DNA from: Octopus sinensis
Lineage: Eukaryota
Assembly: GCF_006345805.1 (NCBI RefSeq)
Contig: NC_043010.1
Coordinates: forward strand, 22,630,001 to 22,694,000
Direction: 5' to 3'
Length of the DNA: 64,000 bases
The position numbers were made by a program, and so were the translations under genes. Positions 52,591-64,000 of the stretch are shown here, piece after piece; position 1 is the first letter of the stretch; every line of letters starts with the position of its first letter. The notes below the pieces were generated by a model, which saw only the letters and a list, made by a program, of their open reading frames with translations, was not told the origin of the DNA and ran no database searches.

Positions 52591-53285
52591 TGTGTGTGCG
52601 TGTGAATTTTTCTCAACTATCTCAATGGAAAATAACGAAGGATACACTTAATAATGCGGACTTAGATGTATGAAAAGAAGAGATGGTCATGTCTAGAACC
52701 TGATTAAGTGGTTTTTTTTGTTACTGTTATTGTTTGGATTGATGTTGTTGTTGCTTAGTCCAAAGTCATCCATGGTGAAGTAACACCTCTGTATTAGGAG
52801 GTGCAGATACAGCATGCTTTCGAATAAACATTATGAGAGCTTGGTTACATCCCCTTTCTCTAACTCTCCTGTTATCCTCAGCCGCAACAGAAAGGGGTGT
52901 GGGAACTGGAAGAAGTTTTGCCCACATGGAGTAAATACACAAAAAGAGAAAGAGAGAGAAAGAAAGAGAGAGAGAGGGAGAGAGAGGGGGGATATCTGAA
53001 ATGGAGCCTAACAACGAAAATTTTAAGCTTCACATAATTTTCCTTTTTCCTCCTAATTTGTACAGCTCTGACGACGATGATGATGATGATGGTGATGATT
53101 AAGGTACTGATACCGTCGTTATTGGTATAACTGTTCTTGTTTTCTTTTGTTGGTGGTGGTGCTGGTGGTAATGGTGGGGCTGTTCATGTCGACAATAATA
53201 ATAATAACTTCTTTTATTAGCCACAGGGGCATAAATGAGAGGGGGCATCACAGGGATAGATGATAATAATAATAATAATAATAAT

Positions 53286-53366
<81 letters not shown>

Positions 53367-53491
53367 CGGATCTGTAAATGAACAATCTGGTGTGTTTATG
53401 TTAATGGCTTGCCAATGTATACCGTGAGTTACTTTGCCCTAGTTGTCGGGAAGACACTTGGATAAAAATTGAAACAAAATTGAAAGAAGGG

Positions 53492-53561
<70 letters not shown>

Positions 53562-53838
53562 TAGAACAGGAATGCAAGACAAACCCGTTGTACTAACACG
53601 CTCATATATACACTCAGACTCTCAGCATGTATACACACAGATAAACAGATACATACATACATACATACATACATACATACATACATACATACATACATAC
53701 ATAATATATGCGTGTTTACACACACACACACACACAAATATAAACAGTTACACATACATATGTATGTAAATATATATACTTGTTTATATAAATGCACATT
53801 TATAAATATATGTATATACATATTTACGTATATATGTT

Positions 53839-53898
<60 letters not shown>

Positions 53899-55162
53899 CG
53901 CACACATTCACGTAATGATATATATATTTTGCGTACCTGTGTATATGAATGTATATCTGTGTGCGTGCACGTATGCGCTTGCCTGTCATTTTTTTTTATT
54001 TATCAAAACTATCTAATTACTTACTCAACTGTAATTAAAGATGATTGCATAGAAACTTAGAACACTACCTCCTCTTCCTCCACCACCACCACTACCACCA
54101 AAAAAAAAACCCCAACAAAACGAAACTAACAAACAACACCTTGTGAATACCCCAAAGTATCTACCCCGATATTAAACTACCAGATATCAATGATATTATG
54201 TAACAACAAATATTTCTGCCAAAAGCTACATTACCATATGGATTCCATTTCATGAAAGTTGTTAACTTTCAGCATCAGCTTCTTCCAACACCACCGTTCC
54301 CGCCACCGCCATCTTTATACAATATTTCGGTATTTCTTCAGTTGCTGGATTTGTGATTCTACAAACGCCTTAGATTCCGATTCTAACATTATTTACTTGT
54401 GGAATTATTGAAGAGAAAAGAATAAAATGTTTATCTAAACAACCTTATTATAATTTCACGACGCCCTAGCGCACACACGAACAAAGATATTGTTTATTCG
54501 GGCGCACGCACGCGCTTGTGTGTATGTGTTTCTTTGTGATTATGTATGTGGATGTATATATGCACAGACACACACACATATATAAATGAACTGACGTAGG
54601 GTGGGGGTTGTGAATCGAGTTTCATGCAACTACGATCTTCAGGGCGAGAACGTATTTTTTTTACTTAGAAGGTAATTTATAACGTAGGTTATGACGATCG
54701 TTTTCACTAATGTTGGTTTATAATTGTTTTACTGAGGCGTTGTCGACATTTTTCCTTATTTCATTTACCAATACACGTCACCTACGAAATTAATGCAGTT
54801 TTGTTAAGGATCGAGGAAGCAAAAACATTCTCAAACTGTATTTTATACAAACACCTCTTTCTAATTAAATATAACATCATAAAAAATACCGTTTACTCCA
54901 AGAAAATGCGTCTCTGTAGTCATATTATACATTAAAAATATACACACGAAGTTATATTTACACTTAATAGTGATGCTGCTATCTAACAATTATATATAAA
55001 TATATATATATAGCGTTAACGTCAGAAGAAATTAGAAGCTTCCAAAGCGCGAAATTTTGGAATAGTGAGTCACGAAACCAATACAGTTATAATAATAGCG
55101 TAAATATTATGTTAAAAGAACGTTTATATAGAAGATTATTTGCTTCGAGATTCATTGTTCCC

Positions 55163-55223
<61 letters not shown>

Positions 55224-55282
55224 CACACATATATACATATATATGATGGATACATGGATATATATATATATATATATATATA

Positions 55283-55546
55283 TACTCTTTTACTCTTTTA
55301 CTTGTTTCAGTCATTTGAGTGTAGCCATGCTGGAGCACCGCCTTTAATCGAGCAACTCGACCCCAGGACTTATTCTTTGGAAGCCTAGTACTTATTCTAT
55401 CGGTCTCTTTTGCCGAACCGCTAAGTAACGGGGACATAAACACACCAGCATCGGTTGTCAAGCAATGCTAGGTGCCATGCAGTGGGACTGAACCCGGAAC
55501 CATGTGGTTGGTAGACAAGCTACTTACCACACAGCCACTCCTGCGC
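55283..55546 (-). mobile_element. SINE family B with internal deletion of the central microsatellite domain
   Basis: The 3' part joins the head directly at GTCAAGCAATGCTA|GGTGCCATGCAG. Confidence 0.9.
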
Positions 55547-55612
55547 CTATATATATATACATATATATATGCATATATATATATATATATACGTAAATAT
55601 ATATATATTATA

Positions 55613-55693
<81 letters not shown>

Positions 55694-55751
55694 GTATATA
55701 TATATATGTATATATATAATGTAATATATATATGTATATATATATATATAT

Positions 55752-55930
55752 GATAGATCATTAGCCTCTACACACATTTTTTTCTCTCCTTGTTTTTTCT
55801 GTGTCCCTTTCTGTAGAAGAGCGTAGGCTCGAAACGTAAAAAACTTTTCTATTCCTGAGCGTTATATTAATACAACTGTTTGTTTTGTACACCACCTGTC
55901 TTCGTCTTTGTTTTTTCGTAAACTCTCCCT
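55752..55930 (+). mobile_element. Short TA-flanked element with minimal HHR at 55805-55844
   Basis: UUU-CUGUAGA-A-GAGC[GUAG]GCUC-GAAA-CGUA-AAA. Same family as 15322-15505. Confidence 0.72.
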
Positions 55931-55953
55931 ATATATATATGAAGGATACATGG

Positions 55954-56013
<60 letters not shown>

Positions 56014-56029
56014 AATGTACTATATGTAG

Positions 56030-56162
56030 ATTATTGGTGATTATTTTCCTCCGTCCTCCTTTTGTCTAGGACGTCCTTCTGTCTCCTGTTTCCGAAGAAG
56101 AGGTTTGCTCGAAACGTAAAACTAACTTTCTTCCTTTCCCTGAACGTCTGTTAATACTTTAT
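56030..56162 (+). mobile_element. Short element of a different family with minimal HHR at 56088-56122
   Basis: GUUU-CCGAAGA-A-GAG[GUUUG]CUC-GAAA-CGUA-AAAC. Stem I 4 bp. Confidence 0.65.
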
Positions 56163-56530
56163 ACACACAAACACACACAAATATACACACCCACAAACAC
56201 ACAGATATATACACACACATAAACACACACTTATATATATATGAGGAGCGACCACTAAGTGGATTCCTTATATGCCAATAACAGACGTCTATTTTTAGCA
56301 TCCAAGCATTCCAATTTGCAGTCTCTAACCCTCATTTATATTTAAATACAATTTATAATCCTTGGACATTTTTTACATATGCTGACCACTGGTTCAAATT
56401 GGTATTATTAAATATTAGTTTCTACCCTTATTATTTTATTTTATATATGTGTGTGTATGTGTGTTTGTGTGTAAATTATGTAAGTTTGTTTTTAATATAT
56501 ATAACATTGTATTTTATTTTATATTTTCAG

Positions 56531-56555
56531 AGGAATCCACGTTAATTATTTACTG
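56531..56555 (+). CDS. Candidate 25-nt micro-exon
   Basis: Strong acceptor ttttattttatattttcAG, exon AGGAATCCACGTTAATTATTTACTG, consensus donor GTAAGT. Two of three frames are open. Confidence 0.4.
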
Positions 56556-56869
56556 GTAAGTTCTTCAACCATTTTTACAACAATTTCATCATTTGGAAAA
56601 AAAAATGATATACCCACAAGCGTTCTTCCTTTTCCTCTGTGTTTTCTTATTTCATTTTCCCCGATTATTTCTCCGCTCCCTTGGACTTTTTTCTATATAT
56701 CCGACGAAGGACTATATCCAAAACGTTATACTTTTACTCTATAACTTTTGCTTTATAAATTCGTTCCTTGTTTCAGCGTCAACGTAATAATATTAACCGC
56801 GGACCTCATTTACGCTTTTGATTTTTGTATTTGATTTCGACTTTTTTTTTATTTTTATTTTCTCCCCTC

Positions 56870-56946
<77 letters not shown>

Positions 56947-57099
56947 TGGCTGCCCCCTCGTTATCGAGTATGGCCATTGCACGAAGCTTAATCAATGTTG
57001 TTATCGTGCAATGCCTGTGTAAAAAGATTCTTTTTTAAGTGAGGAAAGGCTGTGCACTGAGTCAATCCCACTAACTAAGCAACAGCAGCCATAATCCAA

Positions 57100-57480
57100 A
57101 AAGAAAAACAACTCAACACCATCGGTAACCACTGAGCCGCAGGTTTTATGTCGGAGTTATCCCAGTTACCTAAGTTACCTTCTCCTAGAAGGATGCCCTG
57201 ACAAAGGCTAGGAGTCCTTCACTCCCAATGGTTTAACCGCACGATCGGGTATTTCTATGTCCCCGCGTATGATACAGCCTTAAGACATTTATTGGATGGC
57301 CGTTGACTCTCAAGAGTTCCTCCGCCCTTTGACGGGTTTTGTTTTTCATCCCGCAGGGTGTCCAATAAACACCTTCCTCACCAAGCAACCTTGGTGGGGT
57401 TGCCGGTTTAGTCACCGACGACCCGACCATGCAACAGGTTGTACCGGGTTACATGTTACCAGTAGCACTCGAAAGTGAGC
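57100..57480 (-). mobile_element. Dispersed repeat resembling an RTE LINE 5' region
   Basis: GC-richer island (GGCAACCCCACCAAGGTTGCTTGGTGAGGAAGG on minus), recalled as RTE-like. Not verified. Confidence 0.35.
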
Positions 57481-57481
57481 T

Positions 57482-57556
<75 letters not shown>

Positions 57557-57560
57557 ACAC

Positions 57561-57602
<42 letters not shown>

Positions 57603-57712
57603 TTCATATTTTTGCCTTTTACTTTATTTCTGGACGTCACTTTAACATAAAATATATAAAACATGCGTGCGTACACGTGAACCTATTATATATAATGTAT
57701 GCATTATACATT

Positions 57713-57768
57713 GGCGATGCCCCAGCATGGCCACAGCCTTGCGACTGAAACATAAAAGACTAAAAGAA
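57713..57768 (+). mobile_element. SINE family B, 3' terminal fragment
   Basis: GGCGATGCCCCAGCATGGCCACAG...GACTGAAACATAAAAGA. Confidence 0.7.
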
Positions 57769-58309
57769 CAAGAGAATATACTTATGTTCAGAACGATGAG
57801 AAATCCATGATTTCCCTTTCTTTATATACACTTCATGTCATCAAAGTTGTACCTGACCAAGAGTAGGCCTTTTTCCACCTAATATTTTTAAAGTTATTTA
57901 AAGACGACGACCGTGGAGAACTTAACTCTTCCCTGCGGGAAATTTACCGCAAGTTGGCTCAGTGACATTGGCGAATATAGCCTTTGGTCGACTGACTTAA
58001 TTCTAAGAAGGTGCCATTAAGCAGAACACAGCTGAGAGATGCCACTTTTCTACGATCTTCAAAGCAATAATAGAAATGTGATGTTTCCTGCTTGACATTG
58101 ACTCTTCCCTTCACTACCGAACTTATCAATTGTAAATATTTTATTTAATACATTTTGTTCTTTGTATTACACAATCAATATAAGATCCCGATATTTTCCT
58201 AGTAATTTTCTTTCGTGTGTCACCCTCTGTCACCGTTGTAGCAATGGAAAACTTGACAATATTTCGTAGAAGGAAATAGATAAACCACTTATTATTCATA
58301 ATGCTAAAA

Positions 58310-58420
58310 ACGGCGTGCTGGCAGAATGATTGGTGCATCGGACAAATATTTACTGGCATTTGTACCGACTCTTTACATTTGGAGTTCAAACGCCGTCGAG
58401 GTCAACTTGGTCATTTTCTG
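58310..58420 (+). mobile_element. SINE family A, degenerate 5' part
   Basis: GGCGTGCTGGCAGAAT...GGAGTTCAAACGCCGTCGAGGTCAAC. Confidence 0.7.
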
Positions 58421-58441
58421 AATTGATAACTAAAGAACTAA

Positions 58442-58520
<79 letters not shown>

Positions 58521-60068
58521 GATGAATGAATTATCCTTTGTTTACCGTTAACATGGAAAATTCAATAAACAGTTACCAGGATAGCAAAATTCACGCAAGT
58601 AACACGGATGAAGCGACCTATTCAAAGGTAGAAACTCCGGGTTAATGTGCAGTAATTTGTGTAGTATAAGTAAATAAATGGAGTTGAACGCAGATGTCAT
58701 TAAAATTCTTTTACTTTCGACATATGTTTCGAAGACAACATGGTTTTATTCCAAAAGAATAAACGGTGTAAAATGCGATCTACTCATCAGGAAAGAAAGA
58801 GAGCCTATCTCAACAACAAGACATTATAACAATTACGATGACTGCTTAAATGATAAACAGAACATTATTAAGTATTTAAAAAACCGTTCGTAGATTTTTC
58901 TTTCTCGCTCTTTCTATTTCTCGTTCTTTCTTTGAACTGTTCCTCTAATTCAAAGTTTCATCTTCGCAACATTTTCTCACACTGAACCATATTTTGGATA
59001 CACATGTCCGCAGAGTGCTCAACCACTTACATTTGTATTTTGGCGATACCATGTCAATCAAACAGTTGAATGCTCTTCGCTAACACCGACGGAGAATTCA
59101 CTAACAAATTATCGAATCTGTCCTTTCTTTTATAAAGTTGGCTGTGTGGGATTTCAATCAGATTTAGCTTCTATTTCTTGCATATGAAGTGATCACATAG
59201 AAGCACCATGATTGTATAAAGCTATGCTCAAAGATCCACCCATGACAATCACGCTAAATGTTCACATATATTTCATGACGCTCAGGAAAATGCATCAGTT
59301 TGATCCCTCACCCACATCGACCCACTCCCACTTTATCTGTGGAAGTCTATACAGGCTTATATGTCAAAACAAAGCGCCGCATGCCGCCCCCTGTAAAGCG
59401 TCATGCGGAGCGGACCGACCCGCCTCAATCATGCCATCTCCAGCAGCGTTATTCATATACTATATTGGGCACAATGCGGTTCTGTGTGACATTCTAAAAA
59501 GCATGCTTAATGAAAAATTATCCCGAATTTTGTTTTAGTTGTGCGGCCCGCCTAATGATGAGTCATGTCTCATGCGGCCCGTTTCGCTAAAAAAAGTTTT
59601 TTTTTTTCTTTTTGAAACAGCAGAATGCGATTTGAAGAATATTCAGCTTCCATTTCTAGCATGTTGATCAACCACATATAACGTTCCTCCCTCTGAAGCT
59701 CGTTTCCCAAAGGATTAGGAAACGAAGGATGTCAGATGAGATAAAATGTCCAAAACAACCAAATATAGACATAAATGCCGATAAGTAGTTGTATCTAGTT
59801 CAGGATGTACTTAGTGACCTGCCTTGTACTTAAGATCGCCTCCAAACAATCACAATCATTTCTCAATACATAATAGTTCTCCTTAACCATCATGACGTTT
59901 TCCTCCTCCTCCTCCTCCTCGAATTTATACTACTTCTGCTCCCAATGGTGGTGATGGTGGTGGTGGCAGTTATGGTGGTGGTGGCAGTTATGGTGGTGGT
60001 GTAACCGACTCAAATTATAAAAACAACACTCGCTTGCGATATATAATATTCACGTATTGTTATTGTTA

Positions 60069-60120
<52 letters not shown>

Positions 60121-60134
60121 CATTAATATCATAA

Positions 60135-60710
60135 TTGAGTGAAATAGCAGTGCATGCCATAAGAGTGACACTGGGGTAAAAATATACGAAGCCCAGTATA
60201 CCCATCATGACTACCAGTCTGATAAGGGTACATTAGGCACATACATCACAACCATATGTACACGACATGCATGGTGATCTCATTTCAATATAAACAGCGC
60301 ATAACCTTGCAGACGGGGGCCAGTTAGAATTTTCTTCAGATTGCGTAGCCAATCTCGCTCAATTGATCCTTGAATAAGGCTGGTTTAAGGATGTTGAACG
60401 AAACACCTATATCTTCTGAGGCGAATTATTCCACCCCACCCCCAAGAATCCCTCCCAAAACATGGCTGTGATGCTCCCTAACTATTTCTGCACGTGATCA
60501 GAGATGCACATGTCGTCAACCACCAAAAGACAAGCTCAAATGGTTAAGGTCACAACAACTGACAAGCAACTCCATGGTGTTGAGCAGAATATTTGATGTA
60601 GCCCTTATTTTATACCAAGACAAAACAATGTACATGATAACACTTCCAATCAGTTAAGATCAGATGCCATGAGAGCCATTGCCTGGTACGGCATCAGGAC
60701 ATACTGTTGA
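60135..60710. mobile_element. Probable interspersed repeat (LINE-associated non-coding segment)
   Basis: Complex 570-bp block bounded by (ATT)n and (GTT)n tracts. No ORF; family not assigned. Confidence 0.3.
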
Positions 60711-60723
60711 TTGTTGTTGTTAT

Positions 60724-60770
60724 TAAGGCGGCGAGCTGCCAGAAACGTTAGCAAACCGGGTGAAATGCTC
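60724..60770 (+). mobile_element. SINE family A head fragment
   Basis: AAGGCGGCGAGCTGCCAGAAACGTTAGCAAACCGGGTGAAATGC. Confidence 0.8.
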
Positions 60771-61901
60771 TGTATGTATATACACGTTGTGCGTGTGTGT
60801 GTGTCCGATGTTGCTTAGCAGGCCGAAACTGCGATGTCACTATCAATACTATTCTTGTTTGATATATATATTTATATCTGTACAAACACACAAACATACT
60901 CACACACACATAGTATGTGTGCGCTTGTGGGCTTGAATGAACGCGTTGTCTGTGTATGTGTGTGTGTGTGTGTGTACGTGCGCGCGTAGGAGTGGCGTTT
61001 GCAGGAGAAGAGAAAAAGGGATGTAATGTGACTAGGTTGATGGTGGCGAAGATTAAATATAATTAATGGAGGGGCTTAAGCAGTAAACAAACAGAAAATG
61101 TAAACGTAAGGACAAAGGGAGAATGGTGGTCGAAGCAGACGATAAAAAATATACGATAGAAGGGAGTGAGGGACAGACGGTAATGTAGAGACAGAGAGAG
61201 GCCAGTAAGGTTCGGTGTGGTTTGATAGAGAGATAGACTGACGGTTGGTTAATAACCTTCCTTTCAATTGTCCTGGTCTCAACAAACGTCCATTAGTCTG
61301 GAGATGGACGGATTAAGATTATATTGATAAGTGAATGTGGTCAGTTTTATAGATTAGATTTCAGCTTTCTGTAACTTTATATACTTGCATCCGTTGACCT
61401 GTTTCCACTCCAACATGTCGTTCTCTATTTCCGTTTCCGGTTTTTAAAAATATATAAAATCTTGTCATAAATTTCTTCTCTATCGCTGTAAATTTTTTAT
61501 TTGATCTTCTTTTATTCTTGAATTTTTTTATACTTCATCTCTTATTTCTTTCTTCCTTTCTTTCTTTTTTCTTTCTTTATCCTCGTTTTCTTCCTCTTTC
61601 TTGCTCTCAATCAGTTCTTCCTATCTTTACCTTTTCCCCTGTTTTTATTGGGGAGTTTTGGGTGGGTGTATGGGGAGAGGGTATTTTTCCTTACATTATT
61701 TTCAAGTATGCCCCCCCCCCACCTCTGTCTATTTCGCTCCCTCACTCTCTCTCCTTCTCTCTTGTCTCTCCTCATTCATTGCTAATATGGCCACCACGAA
61801 AACGTTTCCACCATCTTGTTTTCTCTGCTACTATTTTGTTATTTATGGTTATTTTCCCCTTGATTTATAACCCACACACACATCCAAACATCTCATTCTT
61901 T

Positions 61902-61938
<37 letters not shown>

Positions 61939-62162
61939 TACTCTTTCCCTCTCAACTATATCACTGATCTCTCTCCGCCCCTGTCTCTCCCTTTCTCTCT
62001 CTTCCTCCACCTATCATTTTCATTCTATCGATAACTTCTCGGGGCTATTTCCCTTTTCCCTTATCTTTCGTTCAGATCTCTTCCTTGCTATTCCTTCTCT
62101 CGGTCTTTTTTCTCTTCCTTTCTCTCAATCCTTCTCTTGTTTATTCTCTCACTCTCTCTTTC

Positions 62163-62204
<42 letters not shown>

Positions 62205-62265
62205 TCCTCGCTCTCTAGCAATGTATTTATCTTTCATTCAATCTTGCATGGTTTCCTTCACTCTA

Positions 62266-62348
<83 letters not shown>

Positions 62349-62476
62349 GTCTGTCTGTCTGTCTGTCTGTCTATTTGTCTGTCTATTTGTATGTCTATCT
62401 ATCTATCTATCTATCTATCACACAGTTCTGTATCTATGACGCTCTCTCTCTCTCTCTCTCTCTCACTCTCACTCTC

Positions 62477-62520
<44 letters not shown>

Positions 62521-62687
62521 TGTATATATATATATATAATATAATATAATATATGCATATGTGGGCACAGGACGTCACGAAACCTGTACAACAAAAATGT
62601 ACGAGCACGAATACATGGAACATGAACTATTCTTTCGAACGACCCTTCATCAGTTGTTGGCTGTTTTTCTAGTCTCGTATTTCGAGC

Positions 62688-62742
<55 letters not shown>

Positions 62743-63053
62743 GTTACACTGCATGCTAACCCAGACCATGTCAATGAGAGCAGCTCATAAAAATCAAATT
62801 AAACCAGATTATACTAGATAGAGCGAGACAAAAATAGTTTGAACTATTTCATATATGAGAGTCAACAAGGGTATTCGACCTGCTAGACATAGGAGTCAAG
62901 TAATAGCTCATACTGTCTTTAAAAAGAAATGATGCATTGGATGATGTATCCCAGGCAACGGTATACATGAAAATGCGCAGACTGCACGTTTAATGTTTTA
63001 ATTCATTCAACCACAGGTCTGATTGATTTGAGTTGGTTCGATACTAAACAAAA

Positions 63054-63126
<73 letters not shown>

Positions 63127-63480
63127 CAGGCACGCACCGTCAGTAATTACTCAGGGTAGGCAGTTGATAACGTTTGTGTAGTAAAACACACGAAACAAAA
63201 AAGCGAAACACCGGTGCGCGACTAAGTTGGAGGCAGAAATACTTGTGCCTTTATAGCACGTAAAGGAAACGTTGTTGTAGGAATGTACGCAGCATGTATA
63301 CTGCAGCAGTCCTATGCGTAGTTTTAATACTGAGATTGAAAGGCAGGGGCGAATTATGCCTATCTAATCTACAAAAAAAAAATAAAATATCCTACATTTT
63401 ATGCATAATAATGGTATTATCAATCTATTTCACTGAGCGTAGGTACTACCAGCCTTGCCTACCCAGGTGGCACGTCTTTG

Positions 63481-63526
<46 letters not shown>

Positions 63527-63611
63527 TATATTATATATATATATATAATGTAAAATTCATAAGAAAATTAAAATTTATCTAATATAGTGGCGTTTTCAAA
63601 CTTCTTTTTAA

Positions 63612-63659
<48 letters not shown>

Positions 63660-63680
63660 TATATATATGTATATATATAT

Positions 63681-64000
63681 GGAGGCGGAATGGTCCAGTG
63701 GTTAGGGCAGCGGACTCGCGGTCGTAGGATCGTGGTTTCGATTCCCAGACCGGGCGTTGTGAGTGTTTATTGAGCGAAAACACCTAAAGCTCCACGAGGC
63801 TCCGGCAGCGATGGTGGTGATAACCTGCTGTACTCTTTCACACACAACTTCTCTCTCACTCTTACTTCCTGTTTCTGTTGTGCCTGTATTTCAAAGGGCC
63901 GGCCTGTCACTCTCTCTGTGTCACGCTGAATATCCCCGAGAACTGCGTTAAGGGTACACGTGTCTGTGGAGTGCTCAGCCACTTACACGTTAATTTCACG
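63681..64000 (+). mobile_element. tRNA-derived SINE with a distinct head and middle and the family C type-2 tail; runs off the window
   Basis: Head TGGTCCAGTGGTTAGGGC...GGTTTCGATTCCC. From TGTATTTCAAAGGG onward it matches 16405-16510. Confidence 0.88.

Noticed and set aside
54605-54648. Minus-strand CUGAAGA-U..U-GAAA-CUCGAUUC
   Set aside because: Stem I does not pair and stem III is broken. Mentioned only as weak support for the U.U pattern.
58523-58651. 40-aa ORF ending EATYSKVETPG
   Set aside because: Short, no convincing splice acceptor, no homology.
62615-62660. Minus-strand CUGAUGAAGGGUCGUUCGAAA in a TA-flanked insert
   Set aside because: Core boxes are present, but stem II is weak and no consistent stem III/NUH/stem I register exists.

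Overview
AT-rich, microsatellite-saturated eukaryotic DNA with one 100-N assembly gap (27761-27860). The repeat landscape looks like an octopus (coleoid cephalopod) intron or intergenic region; the species call is inference from repeat content. I can support no complete protein-coding gene. Almost all ORFs in the track are microsatellite or SINE read-throughs, and there are only a few low-confidence exon candidates. Supported content: one tRNA-Ala(UGC)-like gene, about 30 copies or fragments of at least three tRNA-derived SINE families, an internally deleted mariner transposon, a hAT-type MITE, the 3' end of an R4/Dong-like RLE LINE, and RTE-like fragments. The main signal is Penelope-like retroelement (PLE) debris sitting in (TA)n tracts. 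It includes a truncated PLE with a frameshifted GIY-YIG endonuclease between inverted pseudo-LTRs, three mini fold-back elements with ~110-119 bp arms, and a set of type I hammerhead ribozyme (HHR) motifs from several unrelated families. One HHR is fully canonical (22520-22582, minus), two have canonical core boxes (9314-9370, 22824-22907), and several carry recurrent non-standard cores (CCGAAGA, CUGU[A/G]GA, U before GAAA) with palindromic stem III. All folds were done by eye; no search or folding program was run.
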